DNA of 64,000 nt from Octopus bimaculoides (GCF_001194135.2 NC_069001.1:3304502-3368501); one strand, 5' to 3'; positions 26,463 to 39,358 are shown, counted from the first letter of the stretch. The notes: generated from the sequence alone by a model not told the origin. A program made the numbers and translations.

Positions 26463-27764
26463 GTAAGATAGATATATTCACAACCATTTGTCATTATTTT
26501 ATTACGTATTTTTATTTATTCATATATCAGTGGTTCATAATTAAGGCAGCTAATTAGTACAATTGTTACAGCAAGGACAGATTGTTTTGTGGTTATTATC
26601 CTGGCTCTGAATTCAAATCTTATAGAAATCAACTTTGCTTTTCATCCTTTTGGGGTTGATGAATAAAGTACCAGTTCTGTACTAGGATCAATTCTTCTCT
26701 TTCTCTCAACCATTTTTCTATCTATCACTCTCTTTCTGGAAGAAATTGGCTCCACCAGATCCAAAGTTGTTCAAGATATGTTATATTTTACAACAGTGCC
26801 TCTCCAATTCTATCAAAAAGTCGAGGGCCTAAAGGAGGATGAAGTTTATATTATAGTATAATTGTGATGACTTATTGGACAAGATCTTGTATTACTGGTT
26901 AATAAGTCATGAATTCAAAAATGCTGTGTACATTTCATGATGTTACTCAATAAAACATTTCCGTCTATCTACTTTGTAGACATATATATAATTTCTCTGT
27001 TTTACATTCAGTTTCTCCAATACACAATTAATTTCTGAAACCCATTAGCACTATTACTACTTTCACCTTGATGTCATGCACATTTCAACTTGTCCTCAGC
27101 TTTCTCTTATATATTTTGGCTTGCACTCAGGTTATATGACACCCTCTCTTAGGCTGCTATATCGTTATAATACATTAACCAGCCTATCCTTCACATGCAA
27201 CTGTCTCTCAAATTACGTGACATATTGTTGAAACTGATCCCTACTTGACATGAAATTTCAATGGAATTGAATGCCAGCTCCTGGCAGGGCTTCCCATGTT
27301 GAACAGGTTAAAGGATAGAGGTCAGACTAATACTGGTTTCGAATAACTTTGTCCTTAAGTATGTGTATATATGAATATAAGTATATGTATCTGTATATAT
27401 ATGTGTGTGTGTGTATATTTATATACATTTATATGTATGTGTTTACACACACACACACACACACACACTGACAAACACATATCATTAATCTTTTTCTCTT
27501 TTTACATAACAACTGACCTCTACATGACATAGAATTTCCCAGGATTTGCACCCTGTGACATCTCTCAGATTGCCCACATGTTATGTGAACATACATTCTT
27601 TAGTCTGTACCTTCAAATTTACATTGCATGCTCCTTAAAGTGATACATTGTTCAGACTGTCCTTACGCCACACAATACAATGATCCAATTGTCTTTGCTG
27701 TCCTTCAGGCTGACCCCACTTTTGCTATCCGAACTTAGCTTAGTGATTTACTATTTGTTTACAG

Positions 27765-27824
27765 GAACTGGTTGTGCCCCTTTCAGGAGTTTCATTCAAG
27801 AAAGAACATCACAGAATATTGGAG
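27765..27824 (+). CDS. NDOR1: NDOR1 coding exon 12
   Basis: TGCAPFRSFIQERTSQNIG, completing the GPGTGxAPFR NADPH-binding motif; phase 1-1. Confidence 0.95.
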
Positions 27825-28029
27825 GTGAGTTATACTTAACCAGGCGGGGTCCCAGGAATCTTTTGAATGGAGGGCAGAAGGTCAGAAGGGAATACAATTC
27901 CAGGAGAAAAGGGCATAATAATGTTATTTAGAAGGGTGCATTTCTTTCCTTGAAGGGATCACATGCTCCTCAGTCCCCACTTGGGTCCACAGAAAACTCA
28001 TGCTTTATGTTCAACACACTGACTTACTT

Positions 28030-28190
28030 AAAGCCTTCACTTCCAATAGAGCATAGGCCATTGATGATCCTTCTCCACTGTTGTTGACTCTGGGCTGTCC
28101 CTTCTACTTCTCTCAAGCTGGATCCTTGGTTTCTCAGCTCTTCCTCATTGTCCTGCCTTCCCTAAGGGATGGCCTTCCTCTCCTAGTTCT
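28030..28190 (-). mobile_element. RTE LINE 3' end fragment (inverted relative of ~29545-29650 +)
   Basis: Minus strand agagtcaacaacagtggagaaggatcatcaatggcctatgctctattggaagtgaaggctttaagta matches the plus copy at ~29585-29650. Confidence 0.6.
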
Positions 28191-28420
28191 TGTTGCTTTT
28201 GAATTGTCATCAACACTTCTGTTATTTTGGCAGGGTGTTGGCCCTATATAAACCCATTTTTACCTCTGGGAACAGGTGGTCAGTATTAGTCTGGCCTAAG
28301 GTGGTGAGCTAGCGGCATCATTAGCATGCTGGACAAAATGATTAGTGGCATTTCGTTTATGCACAAACACACTAATAAAAACACGTCATTAATCTTTCAT
28401 TTTCTCTTTTAATTTTTCAG

Positions 28421-28539
28421 AAACTTATATTTTCTTTGGCTGCAGAAATCAGAAGAAAGATTATTTTTTTCAGGAAGAATGGGAAAAACTTGAGCAATCA
28501 AATCTTCTTCATGTATTTCCAGCATTCTCTAGGGACCAG
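28421..28539 (+). CDS. NDOR1: NDOR1 coding exon 13
   Basis: ETYIFFGCRNQKKDYFFQEEW...FPAFSRDQ; FFGCR and AFSR motifs; phase 1-0. Confidence 0.95.
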
Positions 28540-29219
28540 GTAAAAATGACATTTCTCTTCAGTTTTTTCACCATTTTGTTCTTTGAATTGTCATTACTCT
28601 TTTAAAAATATCATAAATTAGCAACTAAGATTTTAATGGAAATATTGGTTTCAAATTTTAGCACAAGGCCAGCAAGTTCAGGGAGGGGGGAAAGTCTATT
28701 ACATCACCTCCAGTATTCACCTGGTACTTATTTTATCAACCCTAAAAGGATGAAAGACTAAGTTAACCTTAATGGAATTTGAACTCAGAACGTAAAGACG
28801 GATGAAACGTTGCCAAGCATTTTGCCAGTTCTGTCAGCTAACTGCCTTAATAATCCTTTCTACTAAAGCACAAGGCCTGAAATTTTAAGGGAGGAGGCAC
28901 TTCAATTATATTGACCCCAGTGCTCAACTGGTAATTATTTTATTAAAGGATGAAAGACCAAGAAGTCCTTCACTTCAGGTTAGTATTACAGTATGTAAGA
29001 GTTACTTAGTAGATGGGGTGGGGTAGAAGCATGAAAGTAATAAGCGGGGAAGTGAGGAAAAAAATTGTCTTTTATTACTAGAAATATGATTCTCTCTCCC
29101 TTATTTCTCTCTCTCTCTCTCTTACTCACTCAATCACTCTCTCGTATCTCTCCCTTTTATTTATTAGCTTTCTCTTCCTTTCACTCACTCACTCATCTGT
29201 TTTTCTCACTCCTACACAG

Positions 29220-29314
29220 GAAGACAAAGTCTACGTCCAACATGTACTACTGAAACAGAAAGCTTTGGTGTGGAATCTGTTGGAGGTAGAAAAGGCTTAT
29301 TTCTATATTGCTGG
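29220..29314 (+). CDS. NDOR1: NDOR1 coding exon 14
   Basis: EDKVYVQHVLLKQKALVWNLLEVEKAYFYIAG; Ala where POR has the catalytic Cys (CGD), as in NDOR1. Confidence 0.95.
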
Positions 29315-29864
29315 GTAAGTTGTTTTCTCCAGATATTCTGGGACTGAATGAGAAATATTTTTACATTGCTAGGTTAAGTTCGCTCCTCCAGATATTCAAT
29401 GACAGGATGGGAAATCTTGTTATTGAACCCCATATCATCTGTGGTCCAGTTGTACTGGACCACAGCCTGCACCCATTTGAGCGAAATTTAGCTGCAATTT
29501 TTAGCAGGTCAAACAACAGAAGCATTGATGACAGTTCAACACCAACAAAGCCTGGGAGTAGAAGGCCTTCCCTTGGGGACAACTCAGAGTCAAGAACAGT
29601 GGAGAAAAATCTTTGGTGGCCTCTGCTTCATAGGGAGTGAAGGGCTTAAGTATGATGTACAACAGCATTGTTATATCTGATGTATAACAGCCTTGTATGA
29701 TATATATCAATAATGATGTATGGGTGTATATTAGCTGAACATAATGAGTTTGAAGAGAATGACTTAAAAGATTTCATAAAATGATTTTTATTTCCAAACA
29801 AGAATTACAAAATTAAAAATTTTTTTACAAAAATGGTAACGCAAAATAATAATAATAATAAAAA

Positions 29865-29905
<41 letters not shown>

Positions 29906-29947
29906 GGTAAAAAATATTTATAAAAAATTGCTTGTCTGTGATTTCAG

Positions 29948-30092
29948 GAACGCCAACCAGATGCCAAATAATGTGCGGGATGCTGTCGTTGAAATAGTCG
30001 AAACAGAAGGAGGAAAGTCAAAGAATGATGCCGACGAATATGTAAAATATCTTGAACAGACCAAACGATACCAAGTTGAATGTTGGTCTTGA
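29948..30092 (+). CDS. NDOR1: NDOR1 coding exon 15 (terminal)
   Basis: NANQMPNNVRDAV...RYQVECWS*; penultimate Trp. Summed CDS is 1761 nt (586 aa plus stop). Confidence 0.95.
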
Positions 30093-30115
30093 CCTAATTT
30101 ATATTGTTTGTTAGT

Positions 30116-30125
30116 AATAAATAAA
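30116..30125 (+). terminator. Candidate NDOR1 polyadenylation signals
   Basis: Overlapping AATAAA at 30116 and 30120; further copies near 30357 and 30423. Confidence 0.5.
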
Positions 30126-32239
30126 CGAATGAGTAAACATTTAGTCTTTGATTAGGTCATTGTCATTACTTGAAGACCAAGACATCCCTGCTGCAAAAAC
30201 AATGTCTCAATACATATTCATCCAACCCATGCTAACGTAGAAAAGCTGATGTAAACTGAACAAACAAGTTATTATTATTGGTCATTCCTTAACAGTTTAT
30301 TCATTAATCAGTGAAATCAATTTTAGTCTTGATTACTCATCACAATGAATAAGACAAATAAAAAGCATTGATTTTAATCAACAGATAAAACAATGAGCAT
30401 ATATTTGCTGTTTTCCATGTCAAATAAATTTATTTTAGCTATCTGTTGTTACTGATAAACATCTAACTAATTAGTTTCCTCATTAATAAACTACAGATTT
30501 AAACAGTTGTTTGCAATACTAATTAAATTGGTCAGCTTTTTGCCAAGGATTAACTCTTTAACATTTAATCCAACCATATCTGGCCCAAATATTTTACCTG
30601 TTTTATGTTCAAACTAACCAGATCCAGCCTCTCACGCCTACCCTACAATGTCATTCTAAAAATAAACAATCATATCGTCAAAATCTTGAAGCTACAAGAG
30701 AATACATGATAAATTCAAAACAATGTAAATAAATGAGGATGTAATCAAACCAACATTGATTGTCAAATGATAGGAAGTGGGGGAAGTAGCACAAAGGCAC
30801 ATGCACACACACACACACACACACACACACGTATATATATATATATATATATATATATGACAAGCTTCCACACAGCATCTACCAAATTCATTCACAAAGC
30901 ATTGGTCAGCCTTGGGCTATAGCAGAAGACACTTGCCCAAGGTGCTGCAAAGTGGGATTGAACCCCAAACCACATACATGCTTGCAAAGCGAGCGTCTTA
31001 ACCACACAGCCATGCCTGTGTCTATGTAGGAGAAGAAAAAAAAGCTTGAAATCAACCAGTCTAGTACAACTGCTAATATTTGACTTTAGTTCTTTACACT
31101 TTCAACATAAATTACTGTTCCTCATTTGAGACACATATGCACATACACACCACACAGATACACATTCACACACATGTGCACATAAACTACATCCATATTT
31201 GCTTCTGCTGGTATTACTGCTACACACACCAGCATCCTTGGCCAAAATCTCACAAAAGAGTACCTGACTGACTGGCATGGGGTCACTCACCAACACACTC
31301 CCACCTCTTTGGTACACAGGCATGCTGTCTCCTCACCCTGCTTCTTCTATTGCTACTACAGTAGTTTCGGCTCTTTTGGAGCTAACTGATTTATGTCACC
31401 ATTTCCATTCAAGCTTTCTCGACTCATCCTTCTGTCCTCTTTTCGTATCACTCCACTAAACCACCCACAAGCCTTGAACTAAACCACTTTCTCATTCCTT
31501 CCACCCAAGAACATCCCTGCTCATCCTTTAAGTCCTTTCACTCTCAGCAACAATAAACTAAGTCTTCTCCCTCTCTGTTTACTACAATAAACTCACCCCT
31601 TTAAGTTTTCTCTCTTGGTTACAATCGAAAATTAGAGAGGAAAATGTAGGGAGCTAAGGTCATTCCATGTAGGTATGCCCTTCACTCTAAAAAAATATTA
31701 CTCTACAGTTAAAGGGTGATAGATAGAGAGAGACTGGTTAATTAGCAATATTAATGATGAAGTTATCTCAATTCCATATTTTTCAATAAAACTCTTATCG
31801 AAAGTCCGAAATAAGAGTTCTTTTTTAACATCTTCTCCATCAAAAGATGTGAACTTGTTAAAATAAAAATATGGCATAAACATTCACATATATAATGCTT
31901 AGTGGCAGATGTTGGCCCCATGATGAGATGTGGATTGTTGCCTAGATGTCATCATCATTGTTTTAATATTCACTTTTCCATGCTTGCACAGGTCAGATGG
32001 AATTTGTTTCCAGGTAAGGTGATATTTCTCCATGATTAGACATGTTTTCACAGAAGGTTGAAAATGATGGACACCATATGCATGATGGGAAATTACAAGT
32101 ATGACATGAAGTAGCGGCAAAGAGATAGGAACACACACACATACATGCATACATATGTAAGCAAGCATGCACACATGCCTATATATATATATATACATGA
32201 CAGGCTTCTTTCAGTTTTCATCTACCAATTCCACTCAAA

Positions 32240-32964
32240 AGGCTTTGGTCAACCATGAAAAGGAATGAAGAAGGATTAATGAATTGGGATTCTATGATGC
32301 AGATGATCTAGCCATTTGTGACACTAACTATAAGAAACCAACCATCCACCTGATCCCCTACCACTTAGGTGAATATACAAACCAGAAAGATTTCATACTC
32401 ACCAGAAAATTTGACGAATGGTTGTGAAGAACATACTGCTTAACATAAACTTATTATCAGTGACATCAGAATAAAATCAAGATAGACTCAGAAATATATT
32501 TCTGACAATATGGAGAAGGAAGGTATGGAAGTTGAATGATGCCATCAGTTAAATGGAAATTGAAAGAAAATATTAGGTGATGCCAAAGACAAGAAGGAAG
32601 AAGAAGTGTAGGGTTTATAGATACAGAAAGTCATTTGGAGTTTCTTGAAGGCATTTTACTGCAAGCAACAGACTAGACTGGAGCAAGATTCCAGTTAAGC
32701 AGGAGTTAATATTCTTGTGAAATGGCAGAGTAGACAGAGCCACAAAGGAGCTTAATTCTCAGTTCCCCCTGTGTCTACAATACAGGAGTTCACAATTAGT
32801 TGTTTATGGGAATTTCTGTATGCTGATAACCTAATTCTCAAGCTGCAAACATGGAAGCAGAGCCTAGAATTGACAGGCACCAAAGTAAATCTAGCAATGA
32901 CAAAAGCTTTAGTTAACAGGAAACAAAACTCTGCTGTCAACTAGGAAGTGCCTATGCTTGATAT

Positions 32965-33005
<41 letters not shown>

Positions 33006-33910
33006 AAGATTTTATACAGTCTGTCCAATGTAAATTATGGGTATATATGAGATGTAGTGGGATCACAGGCATGATAAGAGAGAAGGAAGACTTCATATGT
33101 GGCAGTTGCACATAGAACTGAGCATGGCAAGGAAGTGGCCCACCCTGGGCAATTCTTTTTACAGAGTAGTACTTTTGGGTTTATTGTATAAGCCTATATA
33201 AGGCTTAGGGGCCTGAGGTGGTGGGCTAACTCGGGGACTATTCCAGGTGGTTCACACCCTTGTTATGTCACTGGATACACAGGAATAATTAGCAGGAAGA
33301 GCACCATTGAAATATATTCTTTCAAATGCTTGGAAGGTTCCATAGAAGTAGTTGATGGCTTATGGCTTAATCAGCAATGGAAGTTGGAGGGTGGGTGTTA
33401 TGAAAGGATAATAGTGAAAGTAAGAATGAAGTGGAGAAGGCTGGCTCAGTAAGCTGTTACCTCTGCTGGTAAAAAATGGTTCTGTCTCTAAATGAAGGGT
33501 AGATTGCATGATGCTTGTGTACAAAGCGCAATGTTGCATGATAGTAAAACATGAAATGAACAGGATGTGCAAAGACTGGAAAGAAAAGTGGACATGCTCT
33601 GTTGCATGTGTAATGTTAGTATGCATGAATGACAAGGCACAGATAGGTTTAGAGATAAACTGAATATAAGAAGAAATAGATGTAGTGTGCAAGAGATATG
33701 ACTGAACTGGTATGGACACGTGATGTATACAAAGGATAACAGACAGTTATGTGAAAGGAGTGCTAAATGATCCCAGTGGAAGAAACCTGTGGAAAAGGAA
33801 GACATGGAAAGAAAAGTCTGACCTCACGAGACTGGAACTTACCAAAAAGAGATGGCAAGTGACATGACCCTGTGCTGAAGAAGATCCACTGAACCAATGA
33901 AAGCATGGAA
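32240..33910 (+). mobile_element. Degenerate, internally deleted RTE-clade LINE
   Basis: Decayed endonuclease end (DLAICDTNYKKP..HLI.Y), RT end (LE..G.KVNLA.TK), C..C..W...RCSG finger and C-terminal KGRLHDACV...MLH segment; many stops. Confidence 0.75.
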
Positions 33911-34489
33911 AAGTCGACATAAAATGATGATGGTGATGCTGTTGCTGTCACTGATGATGAGGATGATGGTGACTCTGCTTCTGCCGACAATAAGGTTTTT
34001 GAAGCTTTGATTGTAATTCCTTTTTATCTTGCTAATGCCTTTTGGAAAACGCATGAATGTTGCAACTTAAAACTCAGACAAGGCATTTTAAGAAAGGCAA
34101 TAAACAAAAAAATATATTATCATTACAATTTTCAATAACATCAAACGAGAAGGTAAATTTAAATCTTCCAAGATGTCAAATTATGAAATCAAACCAACTG
34201 ACACATACAAACTTTGAATTTTATGAAAATCAATATTTTTCATCCATCAAAGACAATCTAAAATGTCAAGTTTAGAACTTCAAACAACACACTACCATCA
34301 CTAGCTCCTCAATTTAACATTTCTGTGTTATAATGGCAAAGAGGGACAGGACATATTTTCCTACAAGCTTGAAGTATTCAACTATATAATTACTGAATCA
34401 TGAAGCTAAGCTTTTGGTTTGATTTCATGAAGGGAAGCCATTTTAATTTGTCTTCTCTTTTTTTTCAAGCTGCTCCATTAGATGAAGCA

Positions 34490-34840
34490 AACATACTGGA
34501 GTATGAGGGCAGGAAGCAGTATTGTTCCTCTACTAGATTAAATGGATATACTAAAGGAGAGGGAAAGAATGAAAAAGAGGGTTAATAATGTTCCTCCACT
34601 ATAGGAAAGAAACATACTGGAGGACAGAGCAACATGACAATGTCATTCATCCACCATAAGCAGACATGTTGGAGGATGAAGTAAAAAAAAAAGTCATTAT
34701 TTTCTCAAAATATTAATCAGACATGTTGGAGAAGAAGAATTAGCAGTGTTATTCTCTTACTAAATTACACATCCATACTGGAGGATAAAGAATCAAGGCA
34801 GTGTCATTCTTCCATTTATACGTTTATATTTTGGAGGACA
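34490..34840. repeat. Degenerate ~55-bp tandem array with internal GGAG(G)A...TTCYTC complementarity
   Basis: CAT(A/G)YTGGAG-like cores at 34492, ~34546, 34613, 34665, 34722, 34774, ~34827. Confidence 0.65.
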
Positions 34841-35229
34841 GACTACTTTCAAACAGCATATTTTCATCAATATCATAACAGCAACCATCTCACTGAACAT
34901 GTTTTACATGTTTCAATTCATTGAGAATTAATTATTACCAGAAGTATTCTATTCATTAGAAATTAATTAACTGGGACTATCAGCATGAGTGCAACAGGAA
35001 TGACATTTCAGTCTGAACTAAATCCCTGGTAGGTGGAGTGATTGTATTAATATATGAACGTTGTATCATGAAGTGCTGGGCTTAAGTTTTCTATAGTAAC
35101 AAATTGTGCCACCTCTTACATGTCTACAAGGATTTGTCCCACCATGGATTAGACTAATCCAACCTGGTCTTCAATCTCTAAAACAAATTACAAAGAGCAG
35201 AAGCTAGATCGGTTCACATTATCATAGCT

Positions 35230-35460
35230 AACACACACCACACACAAGACTACACTCATGGACCACACTCACAGACCATGTTCATGGATCACATTGACAG
35301 ACCTTGCTCACAGAACACACTCACATACAATGCTCACAGGCCAAATTGTCAGAACATAGTCCAATACTATACTCACAGACCACACTCATGGATGACATTG
35401 ATGGCCCATACTCACAGACCACACTCAGATAATACACTCACAAACTGCACTCACAGACCA
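35230..35460 (+). repeat. Degenerate ~13-14 bp minisatellite (ACACTCACAGACC-like)
   Basis: More than 12 diverged units. Confidence 0.75.
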
Positions 35461-36430
35461 TCTAAACAATGAAGCAAAAATACCTAAAATGAAAGACCTT
35501 CAATATTGTTCATGTCAATAGTGGTGATGATTTGGTCACGGTCTTGAGATTGATCAGCCCTAAGATAAAAGGCACTCCAGCCATAACCATCCCATCTTTT
35601 TAGAGAGTAGGACTAAATCTTTTTAAGATGCTAGGGTATAATTTGAAGGAAATTTGGCTCTTTGGTTTGCTAACACTGGTATACTTGTACCAGGACCAAA
35701 TGGGGCATACCTATACCTGTATGTCTCACCTCAAAAAAAAAAAAGAAATTTGTTTCCTCATAATTTTTGAAAAAATAGGTTTCTTTAAGTGAGTTACTAC
35801 AAATATCATTCAGATGGTGTAGATTCCAATTATATCTGAATTTGTGGTAGAAAAATGTTTTCAGACGGGTGGTGGGAAGAGGAGTTTCAGTCAAATTCAC
35901 ACAAGCTGACAATATCTTTCAAACGGTGTAGATTATGGTTAATCAGAATTTCACATGAAAAAAACTGATGGGTGCACACACACACACTGATACACACAAC
36001 ATACATTGTCTGAGAAGTATTTGAAGAAAATTTCATTGAAAAATACCTATTTTTGTCTATGTCATGAGGAAACAAAGTCAAGGGAGGCATACTTGTGTAG
36101 GTATGTCTCAAATGGCATACATTTTTCACAAAATATAAAATACAAAATATTGTAGAGTCTTTTTTGTTTTTTTTCATAATCTCTGCACCATTATTTTAGT
36201 ACAGGAACTGGATATGAAAGAATCATATTCTGAAACTCCAAGAGTGATAATATCATAAAAACAACTGAATCACATTTCCAACCCCATAAAAAAAAAATTA
36301 AAAAAACGAAAAACAAAACAAAAAAAACTGGTGAACATCCATCATAGATGAAAGTCTTTCTTGGAGTAGACAGCTATTCGAAATTCTATAAAAAAAAAAA
36401 AAAATGAAACTGAGTTGGTAGTGCCTTTTG

Positions 36431-36457
36431 TCATGGGCCTTTGTTGGAGATGAAAAC
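36431..36457 (-). CDS. CNTRL: Centriolin candidate terminal exon (VFISNKGP*); alternative 36374-36385 (NFE*)
   Basis: tatctttcag|GTT TTC ATC TCC AAC AAA GGC CCA TGA in phase 0; a second strong acceptor at 36386 also gives phase 0. Confidence 0.4.
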   Translation of the reverse strand, partial: VFISNKGP

Positions 36458-37140
36458 CTGAAAGATAATTGATTTTCAATAAATTTCTTGTAAGAAACGG
36501 AAGAATTTCTGCAGCAAAAGAATCAATGTTAAAGTGCAATGATAATGATAATCCTGACCGGCATTGAATGAGAATAGCAGAGACAATAGAGTACTGGACA
36601 AAATTTTTTGCAGTACAGTATTTAGTTCTGAGTTCAAATCCTGCCAGTGGCGACTTACCCTTTCCTCCTTCTTGGGTCAAGTAAAAAAAATGTGTCTCTA
36701 ATTTACTATGGCTGATTGTGTCAACACATCCCCACACCTACAGTGTGGTTTGTAGCCTTGTATTAATGTAAGAAATCAATATTAGCTTCACTGTGGTTGT
36801 TGTTCCTTAGCCCTAGATCAACACTGTTCCAGTAAATAAGCAGTGGAATCAATTCAATATGATGACTGAAATGTTTGGAGATGGTGTTTCAGCATGACCA
36901 CAAACTAATTACTAATTACAACCACTATACTTTAAGCCTATACTTTGATCCAAATCTGAAATGATTTGAGATCAAAAGGGATCCTACTTCAAAAGTGATC
37001 CAAGATCAATAGCAACCTATGATCAAAATTAATAAAAGATCAAATGTAATCCAAAATTAAAATTGAAGCCATTTGAATCATAATCACATGTACATACATG
37101 CAACACACGGGTATAGACATTGTATAAGTTTTCAACTCAC

Positions 37141-37251
37141 ATCTTGAAGGATGTTCAACTTATGTTTCAATTTGTTGAGGACTCCTTCTGACTGCTGCTT
37201 TGTTGAATCAAGCACATCAAAATGGTGGTGCATCTTTTGTTGTAATTGCAT
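37141..37251 (-). CDS. CNTRL: Centriolin exon
   Basis: MQLQQKMHHHFDVLDSTKQQSEGVLNKLKHKLNILQD; phase 0-0; resembles human AQLRHCMSKQAEVLIKGKRQTEGTL as recalled. Confidence 0.85.
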
Positions 37252-37655
37252 CTGCAAATAAATACAATAGATTTTTTTTCTTCTCACAAATTGTTTAGTA
37301 ATAATACAACCCCTATGCTCTCTGAGCTTATTTTAAATCTATACTTTGATCCAAATCTGAAGTGATTCAAGATCAGAAGTTTATTGATGATAAATATGAT
37401 CCTAGATCAAAACGGAACCTACATCAAAAGGTAATCCAAGGTAAAAAAAAAAATCCTAATCCAAAGTAATAAAAGATCAGATGTAATCCAAAATCAAACT
37501 TGATCCTAGATCAAAATATTGCAAAACAAGAAGTAATCCAAGATCAAAAGTAATTTTTGATAGAAATTGATCAAAGATTAGAAGTGACGGGTTACAAAAT
37601 AAGTTGTGAGATGGATTAATCACAGATTAAATTAGGAATGAAAGACATTACTAAC

Positions 37656-37778
37656 CCTAACATGATCCTGTTCTTCTATGAGTTTCTCTTTCAGGGCCTC
37701 ACGACGCCATTCCTCATCGTTGTAACGTATTATGTTCTCAAGATTCTCTTTCTCTGGTTGGTGTTCCAGAAACAGTTG
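37656..37778 (-). CDS. CNTRL: Centriolin exon
   Basis: QLFLEHQPEKENLENIIRYNDEEWRREALKEKLIEEQDHVR; WRxEAL(K/R)EKL C-terminal motif; phase 0-0. Confidence 0.85.
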
Positions 37779-38853
37779 CTGCAAAAAGATGCATCCAATT
37801 ATCATTCCATATCAACACTCACACCATTTTACCTTTATACACTCACACATACATCTTTTTACCTTTGTATACACACACACACACACAAACTCATCCACAT
37901 TTTCTCATGCTCACACATTTTTCTACTTTTATACACATATGATCAGTTATTGTTATTCTACAAATCCAAGTAAGAATCCTCTTCTCCTTCATTTGTGGAT
38001 CTTTGGATGTTTCTAGCCCCAATCCTCAATGTACAGCTTCAGTCACAGACAGGATAGCTTTTATCTTTTGTCTTGTACTCGTTTCAGCCATTAGACTGTG
38101 GCCATGCTGGGGCACTGCCTTGAGGAATTTTAGCCAAATGAATCAACCCCAGCACTTCTTTTTTAAAGCTGGGTACTTATTCTATTGGTCTCTTTTGCCA
38201 AACTGCTAAGTTATGCGGGGGTTAACACACCAACAATCATTGTCACGCATTCTTTCTTTTGAAAACAGCCATAGTCACAGAGCTACTCCTCATAATGCAA
38301 TTCTTGACTATAAATGTTGTTGTTGTTTAGAGCAGGTGAGCCATGACCAACTAGTTGGTGGTGCATGACTTAATATTTTTGATATGAAATTATCCTAAAG
38401 ACAGGTGACTACCACAGAGAAAGAGAGAAAGAGGGACATTGCAGATTGGTTCCACTTGCCAGCTGAAGTAATTTCAGTTGAGTTATGTGGCTAATTTCAT
38501 GAGAAAGGCATGAATGTTGCAGCATTCCCTTCCTACTCTATATCGGTTAGTCCACATTACTCTGGTTTCTCTGGCCTATATATTCCTGCTGGACAGGACA
38601 CTGGTCCATTGCAGGATTACTCATTTTTAAATGAGTGGACTGGTGTAACATGAAATGAAGTATTTTGCTCAAGAACACAATGTATCACCTGGTTCAGGGA
38701 TTGAAACCACAATCTGGCAATCGTGAGTCCAACACCCTAACTACTAAGCTATGCACCTCCAGTCCCACACTATATATTATATAAAATATGGTGTCCTTTT
38801 ATATCTCGTCAAAAATTAGTTCCTCTAAACCCATGTAAAGCAGTTAATCTTAC

Positions 38854-38982
38854 CCGAGTAATATCTTTCTTGAGTTCATTGAGATGTAATTCTAGAGAAG
38901 ATTTTTGTTCATTCAAAAGTTTTACATCAATTTTCAACTCATTTTTCAGTTGTTCAACATCTTTGATTTCAGTTGAGTGTTT
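38854..38982 (-). CDS. CNTRL: Centriolin exon
   Basis: KHSTEIKDVEQLKNELK...LKKDITR; phase 0-0. Confidence 0.85.
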
Positions 38983-39172
38983 CTGAAAAAAAAAAAAAAA
39001 AAAAATTCAAGAACATGTTTGATCAAGGAAAAATATTATCTTGCTTGGAAACAGGTGAGCGTTGGCAACAGAAAAGGCATCTGGCCATAGAAAAACTGCC
39101 TTAATAAACCCTGTCTGACCCATGCAAGCAAGGGAAAGTGGATGTTAAAATGACAACAATGACGACGATGAA

Positions 39173-39221
<49 letters not shown>

Positions 39222-39256
39222 TGTGTTGATATCATAACTGAGAAAGTAAAATTTAC

Positions 39257-39358
39257 TTGAAAGATTCCAATTTTATTTCTGAGTTCCTGTAGTTGGTGCT
39301 CTGCCTCCTTTATTTCATTCATCATGGAGTCTAACTTCTCTCTTGCTTCAGAATTGCT
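39257..39358 (-). CDS. CNTRL: Centriolin exon
   Basis: SNSEAREKLDSMMNEIKEAEHQLQELRNKIGIFQ; phase 0-0. Confidence 0.88.

Noticed and set aside
31698-31883. 61-aa minus ORF (FTSFDGEDVKKELLFRTFDK...) as an extra CNTRL exon or small gene
   Set aside because: Lies beyond the candidate CNTRL stop; weak acceptor, no clear donor, no recognisable homology.
34490-34840. CRISPR-like or iron-responsive-element reading of the 55-bp array
   Set aside because: Eukaryotic context, degenerate repeats and no cas genes. The CAGTGT hexamers lack the paired 5-bp upper stem and bulged C of an IRE.
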